Assembly: GCA_018664485.1 (NCBI GenBank) | Contig: JABJOE010000009.1 | Location: forward strand, 4,108 to 68,107 | DNA: 64,000 bases | Source: Candidatus Uhrbacteria bacterium | Lineage (GTDB): Bacteria; Patescibacteriota; Patescibacteriia; UBA9934 | Reading direction: 5' to 3' | In this document: piece by piece, positions 9,596-19,285 of the stretch | How positions within the stretch are numbered: position 1 is the stretch's first letter | Layout of the letters: each line of letters opens with the position of its first letter | Notes under the pieces: generated by a model | The model's input: only the letters and a program-made list of their open reading frames with translations | Database searches by the model: none | Told to the model about the DNA's origin: nothing | Made by a program: the position numbers and the translations under genes

Positions 9596-10609
9596 ATGAA
9601 GAGATATTTAGCACCATTTCTATTTTTTCTCACAGTATTTTTTGCAATAAATATTGCAGGTATAACTTGGTTTCTCTTGCAGCCAGATTCAGTTGAAATT
9701 TCAGAAAAACCCGAAGAAGTTATAGAGGTGATTGAAGATGTTAAAGAGGAGGCGATAACTCAAGACGACATAAATCAAAATCCTCTCTACACTCACGACA
9801 CATATATTGCGTTTAGCGAAGATGGTTTTGATTGGGAGTTGAGTGATGATCCAATTGCACCACACGCATCCGTTCCTGACATCATCGAACTTAAGGAAGA
9901 TATCGGGGACTTTCAATCAGGCACACTACTTGCATATTACGTTGATGGGCAGATAGGTGAAGATCAGTTGAAAGATACGCAACTAGGTCTCTCGTATTCG
10001 TCTGACAGTGGATCTACATGGACGAGGATTTCTGCTGAGGTTTCATTTGAACTTGAAGGGGGCGTTATCGCAGATCCGTCTTTAGTTGAACTTGAAGATG
10101 GTCGGTTACGATTGTACTTTTATAACTTCGGAGTGACGAAATCTGGTCATCAACCTGCAGAAGCTCACATATTCTACAGCGCAATATCAAACGATGGACT
10201 TACATTCGAAATTGAAGAAGAAGTATTCTATTCAGGAACTGTTGCAACTGACCCTGATGTTATCTTTTATAATGACAAGTGGTACTTGTCGTATGCGGAT
10301 CAAGAATCACAAAGCATGAAAATCGCCACAAGTGACGATCCATGGTCCTTTCAAGTTATAACTGACACACATGAGCTCGGAATTCCAACAATGATAGAAA
10401 TTGATGAGGAACTAGTTCTCTACGGATGTGATGGCGGAATAACTAAACACGTATCAACTGATAACGGTAACAAATTCAATCTTGCCGGAATTGTAGATGG
10501 ACTAGAGTACGAAGGACTGATGTGTGATCCGAGTATATTCGAGCTAAGTGATGGCGGGTATGTAATGGTTCTAAAAACAATTGATTACGAGTTTTTGACC
10601 ATTAAATAG
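9596..10609 (+). CDS. secreted/membrane-anchored beta-propeller-like protein with a BNR/Asp-box motif (possible glycoside hydrolase or sialidase-like fold)
   Basis: N-terminal TM/signal segment. SYSSDSGSTW matches the S-x-D-x-G-x-T-W Asp-box. Confidence 0.5.
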   Translation: MKRYLAPFLFFLTVFFAINIAGITWFLLQPDSVEISEKPEEVIEVIEDVKEEAITQDDINQNPLYTHDTYIAFSEDGFDWELSDDPIAPHASVPDIIELKEDIGDFQSGTLLAYYVDGQIGEDQLKDTQLGLSYSSDSGSTWTRISAEVSFELEGGVIADPSLVELEDGRLRLYFYNFGVTKSGHQPAEAHIFYSAISNDGLTFEIEEEVFYSGTVATDPDVIFYNDKWYLSYADQESQSMKIATSDDPWSFQVITDTHELGIPTMIEIDEELVLYGCDGGITKHVSTDNGNKFNLAGIVDGLEYEGLMCDPSIFELSDGGYVMVLKTIDYEFLTIK

Positions 10610-11270
10610 AGCGACGAGATGCCAACACAACCGTAACTGCCTGCGCAACATTTAAGGACTCCAGCTCCGCATCATGATCCACTTTAAGTGATGGAGCTTC
10701 AGTTGTAAGCTGGATTCCGCTACCTTCAGAGCCGACAATGAGAATTGCCGGTTTTGTTGTTTGTTCTGTGTGGAGAATTGCACCTTCTCGGTTTTCTACA
10801 CGGAAAATTTCGCGGTCTGCCTTTGAAAGGAAAGCGGCAGCTGCAGCGCGCTTCATCTCAATCCAAGGAACTGTAAAAATTGTACCAACACTTGACCGTA
10901 TGACTTTTGCATTGGTCGGGTCAGCACTTTCAATCAAAATCAACGATGCTCCAAATCCAAGACATGCCCGCATTATAGTTCCGACGTTTCCAGGATCCTG
11001 CACACCATCTAAAATGACAATGGTTTTCTTTTCTCGAATTTGTTCAAGAGTAAACGATGGAGATAGGGCAACTCCGGCAATTCCCTGAGGAGACTGCGTG
11101 GTGACCAACTTATCAAAATCGTTTGTATCAGTACGCGTAAAAATAAACTGAACACGATCGTCAGCTGCATCGATAAGATTTTTACCCTCAATCAAACACA
11201 GTCCACTTTCGCGACGACCCTTTTTGCGATGTAATGATCGAATTAGTTTCTCCTGAGCTTTTGTTAACAT
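10602..11270 (-). CDS. SpoU/TrmH-family RNA 2'-O-ribose methyltransferase
   Basis: SPOUT motifs: LDGVQDPGNVGTIMRA and IESADPTNAKVIRSSVG. Confidence 0.8.
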   Translation of the reverse strand: MLTKAQEKLIRSLHRKKGRRESGLCLIEGKNLIDAADDRVQFIFTRTDTNDFDKLVTTQSPQGIAGVALSPSFTLEQIREKKTIVILDGVQDPGNVGTIMRACLGFGASLILIESADPTNAKVIRSSVGTIFTVPWIEMKRAAAAAFLSKADREIFRVENREGAILHTEQTTKPAILIVGSEGSGIQLTTEAPSLKVDHDAELESLNVAQAVTVVLASRRSI

Positions 11271-11341
11271 GTGTTGATGGGAAATAATTATTGGAACTAC
11301 AAACAGTATAGCTACTTAAACCAGATGAAAAAAGCCGCCAT

Positions 11342-11482
11342 TTAGGCAGCCTTTTCCGCTAGTTTTTCTTGCTTTGACAATCGGATAGCCTTTGCTCTAC
11401 GACGTTTTCGTTTTGCAATAACTTCCTTTGCCGCTGCAATTGCGCGCGATTTCTTGCGCTTTTTCTTTGTTCGATGTGGCAT
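11342..11482 (-). CDS. very small, highly basic protein (possibly ribosome-associated, bS21-like?)
   Basis: 46 aa, more than 45% Lys/Arg. Start taken at MPHRTKKK. Confidence 0.35.
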   Translation of the reverse strand: MPHRTKKKRKKSRAIAAAKEVIAKRKRRRAKAIRLSKQEKLAEKAA

Positions 11483-11596
11483 AGTGCGAAAAATATACCT
11501 AAAATTGTTTACATTGTCAATCCTGGACAAGTTCGGCGCCTCGTTTTAAGGTAATCTTAATTAGATATTCGAAAATAAGCTTAATAGCACCGTTTT

Positions 11597-13102
11597 ATGG
11601 AAATTGCCGTAGTTAAAGGGGATATACTCAATACTTCAGCCGAGCTTATTGTAGTCGGCCTATATATGGAGGAGAACTGGGAAAATGACTTTGTTCTGTC
11701 ATTGAATGAATGTGTAGGTGGAAAACTGAAGAAAAAAGCTCAAGCAACAGATTTTAACGGAAAATTGGGAGAGTCTCTCTTTTTCGCTGCTGGACCTGAA
11801 ACGTCATCAGATTACGTGCTCGTAGTTGGTCTTGGAGCACAGAACGAGCTAAACGCATCTTCTATTAGACAGATTACCGGGTCTGTATTTTCAACAGCAT
11901 CAAGGCTCCGTGTAAAAACAGTAGCACTTGAACTTCTGGGAGAAGATAATGATGAGGTAGATGCAAAGATAAACGGTAGAGCAATTGCAGAGGCACTTCT
12001 ACTAGCACGCTACGAATTCAACGCTTACAAAGAAACGAAAAAAACAATCCAGGTTAATGCTGTCACTATCGTTGCAGAAGATGGTCGTGATGCACGAAAA
12101 GCTGAGCGAGGTGTCGAAGAGGCTGTAACTGTCATCGATGGAGTTACTGTTGCACGTGATTTAGTGAATACTCCAGCACAAGACATGAACCCCGAGCGAC
12201 TCGCAGAAAGCGCTGAGCAAATTGCAAAGCTTTCAAATGGTCGAGTGAAGACCCGTGTATACGACCGTGAATGGTGTGCTAAGAAAAAGATGGGTTCTTT
12301 CTTAGCTGTAGCTCAAGGTGCCGACACTGATCCAAAATTCATCCACCTTATTTACAAACCGACAGGTAAACCAAAAGGGAAAGTTGCCTTGGTTGGAAAG
12401 GGGGTTACATTCGATTCAGGAGGACTATCCCTCAAGCCTGGAAAATCAATGGAAACAATGAAGTGCGACATGGCAGGGGCCGCAGCGGTACTCGGAGTAT
12501 TCGCAACACTAGCGCGCACAACTCCGCGAGTCGAAGTTCACGGGATCATTCCTGCAACAGAAAACATGATCAACGGTAAAGCGATTCGTCCAGGAGATGT
12601 TGTTCGTGCGATGAATGGAAAAACAATTGAAATTTTAAACACGGATGCAGAAGGTCGTCTCATTTTGGCCGATGCACTTGGTTACGCGGCAAAGTTGGAC
12701 CCAGACTACACGATTGACCTTGCAACGCTCACAGGAGCTTGTGTGGTGGCTCTGGGGGAAGAAATTTCATCACTTACCGCAAATGACGACGAGTTTGCAC
12801 AGAGCCTTCTAGCAGCTTCATCCACAGCCGGTGAGGAGATGTGGCAAATGCCCCTATACGCACCGTATAGAAAGCTACTTGAGTCAGACATTGCAGACGT
12901 TCGTAACATATCAACCTCTCGTTACGGAGGGTCTATGACAGCAGCACTATTCCTAAATGAATTCGTTGAAGATGGGATGGTGTGGGCGCACATGGACATC
13001 GCAGGACCAGCCTTTGCAGAGCGTCCGATTGGTTCGTTCCTTGGTAAGGGAGGTACGGGTTATGGAGTTCGAACATTGACCGCATGGCTCGCAACGTTAT
13101 AA
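11597..13102 (+). CDS. pepA: leucyl aminopeptidase (M17 family)
   Basis: NTDAEGRL signature and VGKGVTFDSGG motif. 501 aa. Confidence 0.9.
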   Translation: MEIAVVKGDILNTSAELIVVGLYMEENWENDFVLSLNECVGGKLKKKAQATDFNGKLGESLFFAAGPETSSDYVLVVGLGAQNELNASSIRQITGSVFSTASRLRVKTVALELLGEDNDEVDAKINGRAIAEALLLARYEFNAYKETKKTIQVNAVTIVAEDGRDARKAERGVEEAVTVIDGVTVARDLVNTPAQDMNPERLAESAEQIAKLSNGRVKTRVYDREWCAKKKMGSFLAVAQGADTDPKFIHLIYKPTGKPKGKVALVGKGVTFDSGGLSLKPGKSMETMKCDMAGAAAVLGVFATLARTTPRVEVHGIIPATENMINGKAIRPGDVVRAMNGKTIEILNTDAEGRLILADALGYAAKLDPDYTIDLATLTGACVVALGEEISSLTANDDEFAQSLLAASSTAGEEMWQMPLYAPYRKLLESDIADVRNISTSRYGGSMTAALFLNEFVEDGMVWAHMDIAGPAFAERPIGSFLGKGGTGYGVRTLTAWLATL

Positions 13103-13111
13103 TGCAGTCAT

Positions 13112-13348
13112 ATGAAAATTACTGTCTACTCCACACCAACATGTCCGTTCTGCAAACAAGTGAAGGCATTTCTTGATTCACGCAACGTGTCTTATACCGA
13201 TATCGATGTATCAGCGGATCAGGCAAAAGCTCAAGAGATGATTGAGAAATCAAGTCAGATGGGTGTGCCGGTTACAGAGATAGATGGGGAATTAGTTATA
13301 GGTTTCGACAAAAAGAAAATAGAGGAGCTACTTGATAAAGCAAAATAG
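13112..13348 (+). CDS. glutaredoxin-like / NrdH-like small thioredoxin-fold protein
   Basis: CPFC active site. 78 aa. Confidence 0.75.
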   Translation: MKITVYSTPTCPFCKQVKAFLDSRNVSYTDIDVSADQAKAQEMIEKSSQMGVPVTEIDGELVIGFDKKKIEELLDKAK

Positions 13349-13352
13349 ACAT

Positions 13353-13388
13353 AAAAACACCGCGGATTTTCTCAGCGGTGTTTTTATT
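13353..13388. terminator. bidirectional rho-independent terminator
   Basis: aaaacaccgc-ggattttctca-gcggtgtttt perfect hairpin flanked by A and T runs, between convergent genes. Confidence 0.7.
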
Positions 13389-13405
13389 ATGTTCAATTGA
13401 AGTTA

Positions 13406-13930
13406 CTACGCCTTTCCAAGTGTGTCTGACCCTGGAGCCCATTCAACAGGACAAAGCTCCCCAGACTGAAGTGCTGTTATCACTCTCAATGTCTCTTTTA
13501 CTGATCGCCCAACTGATCCGGCAGATACAAGTGCGTAACGAACGACACCTTCATCATCGATAACGAACAGTCCACGTTCTGCGAGTCCTTCTTCTTCGTT
13601 ATATACCTGATACTCCTTTGCTAACTGATGAGTCGTGTCAGCTAGAACCGGGTACTTAACTTCTGGAAGGTCCTTTTCAAACCAAGCCTTGTGAGACCAC
13701 TCTGAATCCGTAGATGCGGCAACGATTTCACATCCAAGTTTTGCGAAGTCTTCCTGATGCTTTGCAAATTCGCGAAGCTCAGTAGGACAAATAAAAGTAA
13801 AGTCGCGTGGATAGAAAAATAATACTGTCCATTTAGACTTATAGTCAGATAAGCTAACCTTAGTGAAGTCTCCACTCTGGTATGCGACGATGTCGCTGAA
13901 ATCTGGTGCTTCTTTTCCGATTGTAATCAT
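13406..13930 (-). CDS. peroxiredoxin (AhpC/TSA/Prx family)
   Basis: FTFICPTE peroxidatic-Cys motif. A second Cys lies near the C-terminus. Confidence 0.85.
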   Translation of the reverse strand: MITIGKEAPDFSDIVAYQSGDFTKVSLSDYKSKWTVLFFYPRDFTFICPTELREFAKHQEDFAKLGCEIVAASTDSEWSHKAWFEKDLPEVKYPVLADTTHQLAKEYQVYNEEEGLAERGLFVIDDEGVVRYALVSAGSVGRSVKETLRVITALQSGELCPVEWAPGSDTLGKA

Positions 13931-14108
13931 ATATAGTAGTGGTTAGTGAGATGCTATTGTATACTATAGCTATCTAAAAATAAATTCGTAGAGTTTAGAT
14001 ATACACTTGCAAACAGGAATCTTCTGTAAAATGCAGGATTTCACTTAATTATATCGATACAACTCAACACTTGTGCAAACAACTTTTTTGCAGTAAACAG
14101 TAAGCAAT

Positions 14109-15230
14109 ATGAATAAAAACAAAACACTTTGGGCAGTAGTTGCAGTTATCATAATCATTGGAGGACTAGTATTTGTTCGGCAATGGAAGATGGATAACAT
14201 AGTAAGCGGACTAGACAATGAGCTTGTTAACGGATTATTGGAGGAACCAGAAACAGTCGGAGGGACGACTTACCTTGTACCTTCTAATTACGTATTTGAT
14301 TCAGGCGCGGATCTACCAGCCTTGACTGATCCAAACTATACAAACGTAACAGACGCAGATAGCTACCTTTCAGATGAGGTGTACGGAATCGATTTGGAAA
14401 TTGAAGGACAACGCCACTTTTACTCCTACCAAATTTTAAATTGGCATGAGGTAGTCAACGAAACGGTAGGTGACTCAGTGATCGCAGTTACACACTGTAC
14501 TTTGTGTGGAGTATCAAGCGTTTTCCAGTCAGAAGATACTTTCGCTCATGCTGGAAAAATTTATAACAACAACGAGCTCCTCGCCGATTCCTCAACCGAT
14601 TCTTACTGGAACCAGATGACGGGAATGGCAATCGTTGGTGAACGAGCCGGTGAAACCCTTGAAAAGGTCGACTACACAATAATGACATGGGGAGACTGGA
14701 AAGACCTTTACCCTCGCGGATCAGTACTATCAAATGAAACGGGGTATGACAGAGACTACGGACGTCATCCATTTGAAAGCTACGACATTGCAGAAATTGT
14801 CTACTTCCCATTGAACCAAATTGAAGAACAGATGAGTGCCAAGTGGGTTGTTGACGGACTTACGTTCAACGATTCAGAGGTTGCATTCGCGCAAGATATC
14901 ATGAAAGGAACGTGGATACTGAACTTCGAAATAGACGAGGTTGCTCTAGTTGCATTCTATGACGTGGAAGAAGAAATCACTCGCATCTTTGAAGCTGGGG
15001 ACTATATCTTCGACTACGACCCAGATTTAGACGTATTTATAGATCAAGATGGAACTTCCTGGTCAGCTGAAGGACTTGCGGCATCGGGCGTTCAAATGAG
15101 CCAAGTAAGCGCCCAACGATCATTCGCTATGTGCTGGTTTGCAAACCACAGCAACTCCGCTATTGCTTTGATCGATCTTCAAGATAAAACAACAGAAACA
15201 CCAGAAGATGAGGAAGGATCAGGAGAATAG
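14109..15230 (+). CDS. hypothetical membrane-anchored extracytoplasmic protein (DUF3179-like, HCTLCG motif)
   Basis: N-terminal TM helix, conserved THCTLCG, acidic C-terminus. Confidence 0.5.
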   Translation: MNKNKTLWAVVAVIIIIGGLVFVRQWKMDNIVSGLDNELVNGLLEEPETVGGTTYLVPSNYVFDSGADLPALTDPNYTNVTDADSYLSDEVYGIDLEIEGQRHFYSYQILNWHEVVNETVGDSVIAVTHCTLCGVSSVFQSEDTFAHAGKIYNNNELLADSSTDSYWNQMTGMAIVGERAGETLEKVDYTIMTWGDWKDLYPRGSVLSNETGYDRDYGRHPFESYDIAEIVYFPLNQIEEQMSAKWVVDGLTFNDSEVAFAQDIMKGTWILNFEIDEVALVAFYDVEEEITRIFEAGDYIFDYDPDLDVFIDQDGTSWSAEGLAASGVQMSQVSAQRSFAMCWFANHSNSAIALIDLQDKTTETPEDEEGSGE

Positions 15231-15903
15231 TTCAGGCGTTCTATACGTAGTAGCTACACCGATCGGAAACTTATCGGATGTTTCGAAGCGCGCGTTAACG
15301 ACTCTAGCTGAAGTAGATTTAATAGCTGCAGAGGACACTCGCGTCACCCGCAAACTTCTAACTGCGTTTTCAATTGAAACACCTACAACATCCCTCCATC
15401 AACACACTTCAAACGCAAAGGAACGGACACTTGTGAAAGACCTGGTAGCCGGCAAGTCTATTGCCGTTGTGAGTGATGCAGGGACCCCGGGAATTTCCGA
15501 CCCAGGGCAACATTTTATTTCCATGGCTATCAATGCTGGAATAGAGATAATTCCGATACCAGGTGCGAGTGCAGTTATAGCTGCGTTGAGCGCATCTGGA
15601 TTCCCTTCAAATAGATACACTTTCGTTGGATTTCCACCCGCAAAGAAGGGAAGAGCTAAATTCTTCACCGAAATAAATGAGTTAAGCCACGCAGTCGTCT
15701 TGTACGAGTCAAAACATAGAATTCTAAAGACGTTAGATGCACTACCACAAGATCGTACTGCAATGATCGGCCGTGAGCTCACAAAAATGCACGAGACCAT
15801 TTACCGTGGCACAATCGCTGAGTTGAAAGAACAAATCGCCGAAAAACTGAAGGGAGAATTTGTTATCGTTCTTGCACCAGACAACTTTAAACTGTTGAAA
15901 TAA
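15208..15903 (+). CDS. rsmI: 16S rRNA (cytidine1402-2'-O)-methyltransferase RsmI (tetrapyrrole-methylase fold)
   Basis: LYVVATPIGNLSD...AAEDTRVTRKLL N-terminal signature. Confidence 0.85.
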   Translation: MRKDQENSSGVLYVVATPIGNLSDVSKRALTTLAEVDLIAAEDTRVTRKLLTAFSIETPTTSLHQHTSNAKERTLVKDLVAGKSIAVVSDAGTPGISDPGQHFISMAINAGIEIIPIPGASAVIAALSASGFPSNRYTFVGFPPAKKGRAKFFTEINELSHAVVLYESKHRILKTLDALPQDRTAMIGRELTKMHETIYRGTIAELKEQIAEKLKGEFVIVLAPDNFKLLK

Positions 15904-15904
15904 T

Positions 15905-17353
15905 ATGAACCGGATTTACATCACAACTTCTATTCCTTACGTAAATGCAGATCCACACATTGGATTTGGTCTTGAGTATGTACAGGTTGATGCTGCAGGT
16001 CGTTACTGGCGCGATAAGTACGGTAACGATAACGTTCGGACTCAAACTGGCTCAGACGAAAATAGTTTGAAGAATGTTCGGGCTGCAGAAGATGCCGGGG
16101 AAGAAGTTGGATCTTTTGTAGAGCGACATGCGGACGAATTCGTAAAACTAGAAAAGACGCTAAACGCAAAGTACGACGGCTTCATTCGAACGCGCGAGGA
16201 CCGACATATTCGCGGCGCCCAGAAACTTTGGTCTATGTGCCGGCCAGAAGATATCTACAAAAAGCCCTACACGGGGCTCTATTGCGTCGGCTGTGAAGCA
16301 TTCTATTTAGAAAAAGACGTTGAAGATAATACTTGTCCAGTTCACAAAAAAGAGTTGGAAACTATTGAAGAAGAGAATTACTTTTTCAAACTATCAAATT
16401 ATCAGGATCAACTACTCGAATTGATAGAGTCAGATAAGCTCCGTATTTTTCCAGAAAATAGAAAGAATGAAATAGTTTCTTTCGTAAAATCTGGTTTGGA
16501 AGATTTTTCTATCTCTCGCTCACAAGAACGTGCGAAGCACTGGGGAGTCAATGTTCCCGGAGACGACAGTCAGGTTATGTACGTATGGTTTGATGCCTTA
16601 AGCAGTTATATAAATGCCCTAGGCTTTGCAGACGATGAGCAGGGATATACTGATTTCTGGGCAGAGAACCAACGACGTGTGCATGTTATCGGAAAAGACA
16701 TTATTCGTTTTCACGCAGTTTACTGGCCTGCAATGTTGATGTCCGCTGGAGTTCCACTACCTACTGAATTATTCGTTCACGGATTCTTCACCATTGAAGG
16801 TGAGAAAATGTCCAAGTCGATCGGAAACGTAATTCAGCCAAAAGAATTGGTTGAGGATTTCGGAGTTGATGCCGTGCGATACTTCTTGCTTCGCGAAATG
16901 CCTTATGCAGACGATGGTGATATATCAAAAGACCGTCTAGAAATCCGTTACGCAGAACTTGCAAACCAACTCGGAAACCTGGTGAGCCGTGTAGCTGCCA
17001 TGACTAATAAGTATTTTGATGGAAAGATCGAGTTGCCAAAAGTAGATTGGCTAAAGCAGGATGCTGATCTGGAAGACTTCATGAGCCACTTCAACTTCAA
17101 GGCATATTTGGATTACACCTTTGAAGCTGTTGCTCGGGCAAATGAACTTATTGAAAAAGAACAACCTTTCAAAACCGTTAAAACAGACCCAGAAGCCGCA
17201 AAGAAGACACTAGCTGACGCATGCGAGATCATCAGATGGGTTGGAACAGCTCTTTTGCCGATAATGCCGGATTCTGCAGCAGAGATTCTTCGTCGATATT
17301 CAAATGATGGTATTCTAGTTGGAGATCCGCTATTCCCTCGACGAGATGTATGA
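15905..17353 (+). CDS. metG: methionyl-tRNA synthetase (class I, short form)
   Basis: HIGH-type motif PHIGF, KMSKS, CxxC...CPVH zinc knuckle. Confidence 0.9.
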   Translation: MNRIYITTSIPYVNADPHIGFGLEYVQVDAAGRYWRDKYGNDNVRTQTGSDENSLKNVRAAEDAGEEVGSFVERHADEFVKLEKTLNAKYDGFIRTREDRHIRGAQKLWSMCRPEDIYKKPYTGLYCVGCEAFYLEKDVEDNTCPVHKKELETIEEENYFFKLSNYQDQLLELIESDKLRIFPENRKNEIVSFVKSGLEDFSISRSQERAKHWGVNVPGDDSQVMYVWFDALSSYINALGFADDEQGYTDFWAENQRRVHVIGKDIIRFHAVYWPAMLMSAGVPLPTELFVHGFFTIEGEKMSKSIGNVIQPKELVEDFGVDAVRYFLLREMPYADDGDISKDRLEIRYAELANQLGNLVSRVAAMTNKYFDGKIELPKVDWLKQDADLEDFMSHFNFKAYLDYTFEAVARANELIEKEQPFKTVKTDPEAAKKTLADACEIIRWVGTALLPIMPDSAAEILRRYSNDGILVGDPLFPRRDV

Positions 17354-17838
17354 CATTCACTATAGCTGATTTATTTCTACTGGCTGTCGCAGCATTCTTT
17401 ATTTTGTCTGGCTTGTACCAGGGATTCATAAAGACTGCAGGCTCACTCGTAGGACTTGTCGGTGGAGTCGTAATAGCGTCACTTGCAATCGACTGGTTGT
17501 CCGGAATAATCAACCTCGCAAATCACTCCGGTTGGACGATAGTTATTTTTATAATAATCATGGGTATCTGCTCCCAGCTAATAGCTTGGGTTTTTGTGTT
17601 AGCGGACAGGGTATGGAAAATAATGTCCATCATCCCATTCGTTGCAGGTATCAACAAACTGGCCGGAGGTATCCTGGGATTCATTGAAGCTGTAGCCGTT
17701 ATCGCAGCCATCGGATACGCTGCTACTACATATCTTTCAGAAGGCGGAGTTCAAGAAGCGATCCTAGGGTCACAAGTAATCGACTGGCTCTCAATTGCAA
17801 TCTCTACTATCACATGGGTTGTTGGGATCTTTCTATGA
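17350..17838 (+). CDS. CvpA-family membrane protein
   Basis: 4 TM helices with CvpA-like N-terminal pattern. Overlaps the metG stop. Confidence 0.55.
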   Translation: MTFTIADLFLLAVAAFFILSGLYQGFIKTAGSLVGLVGGVVIASLAIDWLSGIINLANHSGWTIVIFIIIMGICSQLIAWVFVLADRVWKIMSIIPFVAGINKLAGGILGFIEAVAVIAAIGYAATTYLSEGGVQEAILGSQVIDWLSIAISTITWVVGIFL

Positions 17839-18686
17839 AGTTAATTGACTCACACTGTCACGTTCATTTTCAGGCTTACAAAGACGACATGGATGAGGTC
17901 GTTAAGCGCAGTTTAGACGCCGGCGTTGGGATGATTACGGTAGGTACACAGTCATCTACTAGTAAGACAGCTATTGAACTTGCTGAGAAATACGAGAATG
18001 TCTGGGCTACTATTGGACTACACCCAAACCACCTACATAAGCAGGAATTTTTTGATGAAGACGAACTTCCGCCGGAAGAGAAAGCAACAGGAAAAATTAA
18101 AACACGAGCAGAGGCTTTTGACCCGGAGTATTACAGAACGCTCATTGACCACCCTAAGGTTGTTGCAATCGGTGAATTTGGACTGGATTATTATCGGGTA
18201 CCCGATCATCTTGATCGCGATCAAGTTATTGCAGACCAAGAGGCAAGTTGCGCACAGCAGCTCTCTTTTGCTAGTGAGTTTGATAAACCAGTCGTCATAC
18301 ATTGCCGTGATGCACACGAGGCGCAGTACGAACTACTAAAGGCTGAGATAGAAAAGGGGGGACTCACAAAAAGAGGGGTGATACATTCGTTCACCGGGTC
18401 AGTTGAGGATGCTCGCCGGTACGAAGAGCTTGGCTTTATTTTGGGACTAAACGGTATTTTAACCTTTTCAAAAGAACTTCAGGCTGTTGTAAAAGATATT
18501 CCGCTTGAGCAAATTGTCGTTGAGACCGACGCACCATATCTCACACCTCCACCTTACCGGGGTAAAAGAAATGAACCGGCGTATGTTAAGTTTATCGCAA
18601 AGCTTATTGCAGAACTTCACCATGTCTCTTTTGACGAGGTTGCAGACCTCACAACAAACACAACAAAAACTCTTTTTTCTATATAA
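17835..18686 (+). CDS. tatD: TatD-family metal-dependent hydrolase/DNase
   Basis: LIDSHCHV N-terminal metal-binding motif. GLHP, EIGLD and DAP motifs. Start taken at MKLIDSH. Confidence 0.8.
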   Translation: MKLIDSHCHVHFQAYKDDMDEVVKRSLDAGVGMITVGTQSSTSKTAIELAEKYENVWATIGLHPNHLHKQEFFDEDELPPEEKATGKIKTRAEAFDPEYYRTLIDHPKVVAIGEFGLDYYRVPDHLDRDQVIADQEASCAQQLSFASEFDKPVVIHCRDAHEAQYELLKAEIEKGGLTKRGVIHSFTGSVEDARRYEELGFILGLNGILTFSKELQAVVKDIPLEQIVVETDAPYLTPPPYRGKRNEPAYVKFIAKLIAELHHVSFDEVADLTTNTTKTLFSI

Positions 18687-18706
18687 AACAGAAAGGGGTA
18701 TAACCC

Positions 18707-18735
18707 TTGACTTTTCCTACCAATCTTGATATTTT
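18707..18735 (+). promoter_or_regulatory. strong sigma70-like promoter, copy 1 (TTGACT-17-TATTTT), preceded by the near-palindrome GGGGTATAACCC
   Basis: One of three near-identical promoter modules (18707, 18963, 19257). Confidence 0.5.
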
Positions 18736-18741
18736 TCCGCC

Positions 18742-18950
18742 ATGCAGGTTTCTGGCGGTGCTCTTCGGCCTGAACAGCCGAAGGTTACTCGTTAGAGGGC
18801 ATTGTGTTGAGTGCGCCGTAGTCGTTACGGTTTTGCTCGACTTTAGCTTGATCCTGGAGGGTTTCTCGCTAAAGCAATGTGTCGGGCTTCCGGCCCAACC
18901 TGTAGACCTCCGCCGTCGTTCCTCTCGGGATCGGCGGTGTTTACCTTTAG
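18742..18950 (+). ncRNA. candidate structured ncRNA 1 (~210 nt, identity unknown)
   Basis: No plausible ORF. G+C elevated. At least 6 consecutive hairpins (ccgcca/tggcgg, cttcggc/gccgaag, ccgta/tacgg, ctttagc/gctaaag, gggc/gccc, ccgccg/cggcgg). Ends in a hairpin plus a U-rich tail. Own promoter. Confidence 0.3.
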
Positions 18951-18962
18951 GGCGTATACCCT

Positions 18963-18991
18963 TGACTTCTTCCGGAAGCATTGCTATCTTT
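18963..18991 (+). promoter_or_regulatory. strong sigma70-like promoter, copy 2 (TTGACT-17-TATCTT), preceded by GGGCGTATACCC
   Basis: Near-identical to the promoter at 18707. Confidence 0.5.
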
Positions 18992-18997
18992 TTGTCG

Positions 18998-19205
18998 GAG
19001 CAGATTTTTGATAGTGTCACATAATGACGTCTAGTGTCATTAGAAGCACTACTCGAAGGATATGCAGGCACCCAGTCTTGTCACAGGGTGCGAGCCGCGA
19101 TTGAGGTCAGGGATCTCGAATGCAGCTCATATGCCGGGTAACTCCCATCTGTCTCAGCTTCACCGTCGCTCCTTCTTGGGGCGGCGGTGTACACTTTTCT
19201 ATAAA
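18998..19205 (+). ncRNA. candidate structured ncRNA 2 (~200 nt, identity unknown; contains GAGGUCAGG...GCAGC, faintly reminiscent of SRP RNA domain IV)
   Basis: No ORF. Multiple hairpins. 3' hairpin caccgtcgc/gcggcggtg followed by cacttttct, similar to the 3' end of candidate RNA 1. Confidence 0.3.
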
Positions 19206-19256
19206 ATCTTGTACAACCTCAGCCACCTTTACAATTTCGTATAAAATCTACGCCCA

Positions 19257-19285
19257 TTGACTTTTATGCATATTCAACATATGAT
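19257..19285 (+). promoter_or_regulatory. atp operon promoter (TTGACT-17-TATGAT), third copy of the same promoter module
   Basis: Located 30 nt upstream of the first atp operon gene. Confidence 0.55.

Noticed and set aside
10738-11191. ORFs 10738..11088 (+) and 11009..11191 (-) within the TrmH gene region
   Set aside because: Antisense or overlapping to a gene with clear SPOUT motifs. No independent support.
18742-19205. Assigning the two RNA candidates to RNase P RNA, tmRNA, 6S or SRP RNA
   Set aside because: No GGAAAGUCCGG P4 motif, no tRNA-like T-loop/ACCA end or tag ORF, and no clean GNRA-tetraloop SRP domain IV. Only a weak GGUCAGG...GCAGC resemblance in RNA 2. Identity left open pending a covariance-model search.
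18679-19244. ORFs 18707..19024 (+), 18679..19071 (-) and 19062..19244 (+) in the tatD-atp gap
   Set aside because: No SD or start context, R/S/L-rich artefact-like composition, and the region is dominated by perfect hairpins. It is better explained as structured RNA.
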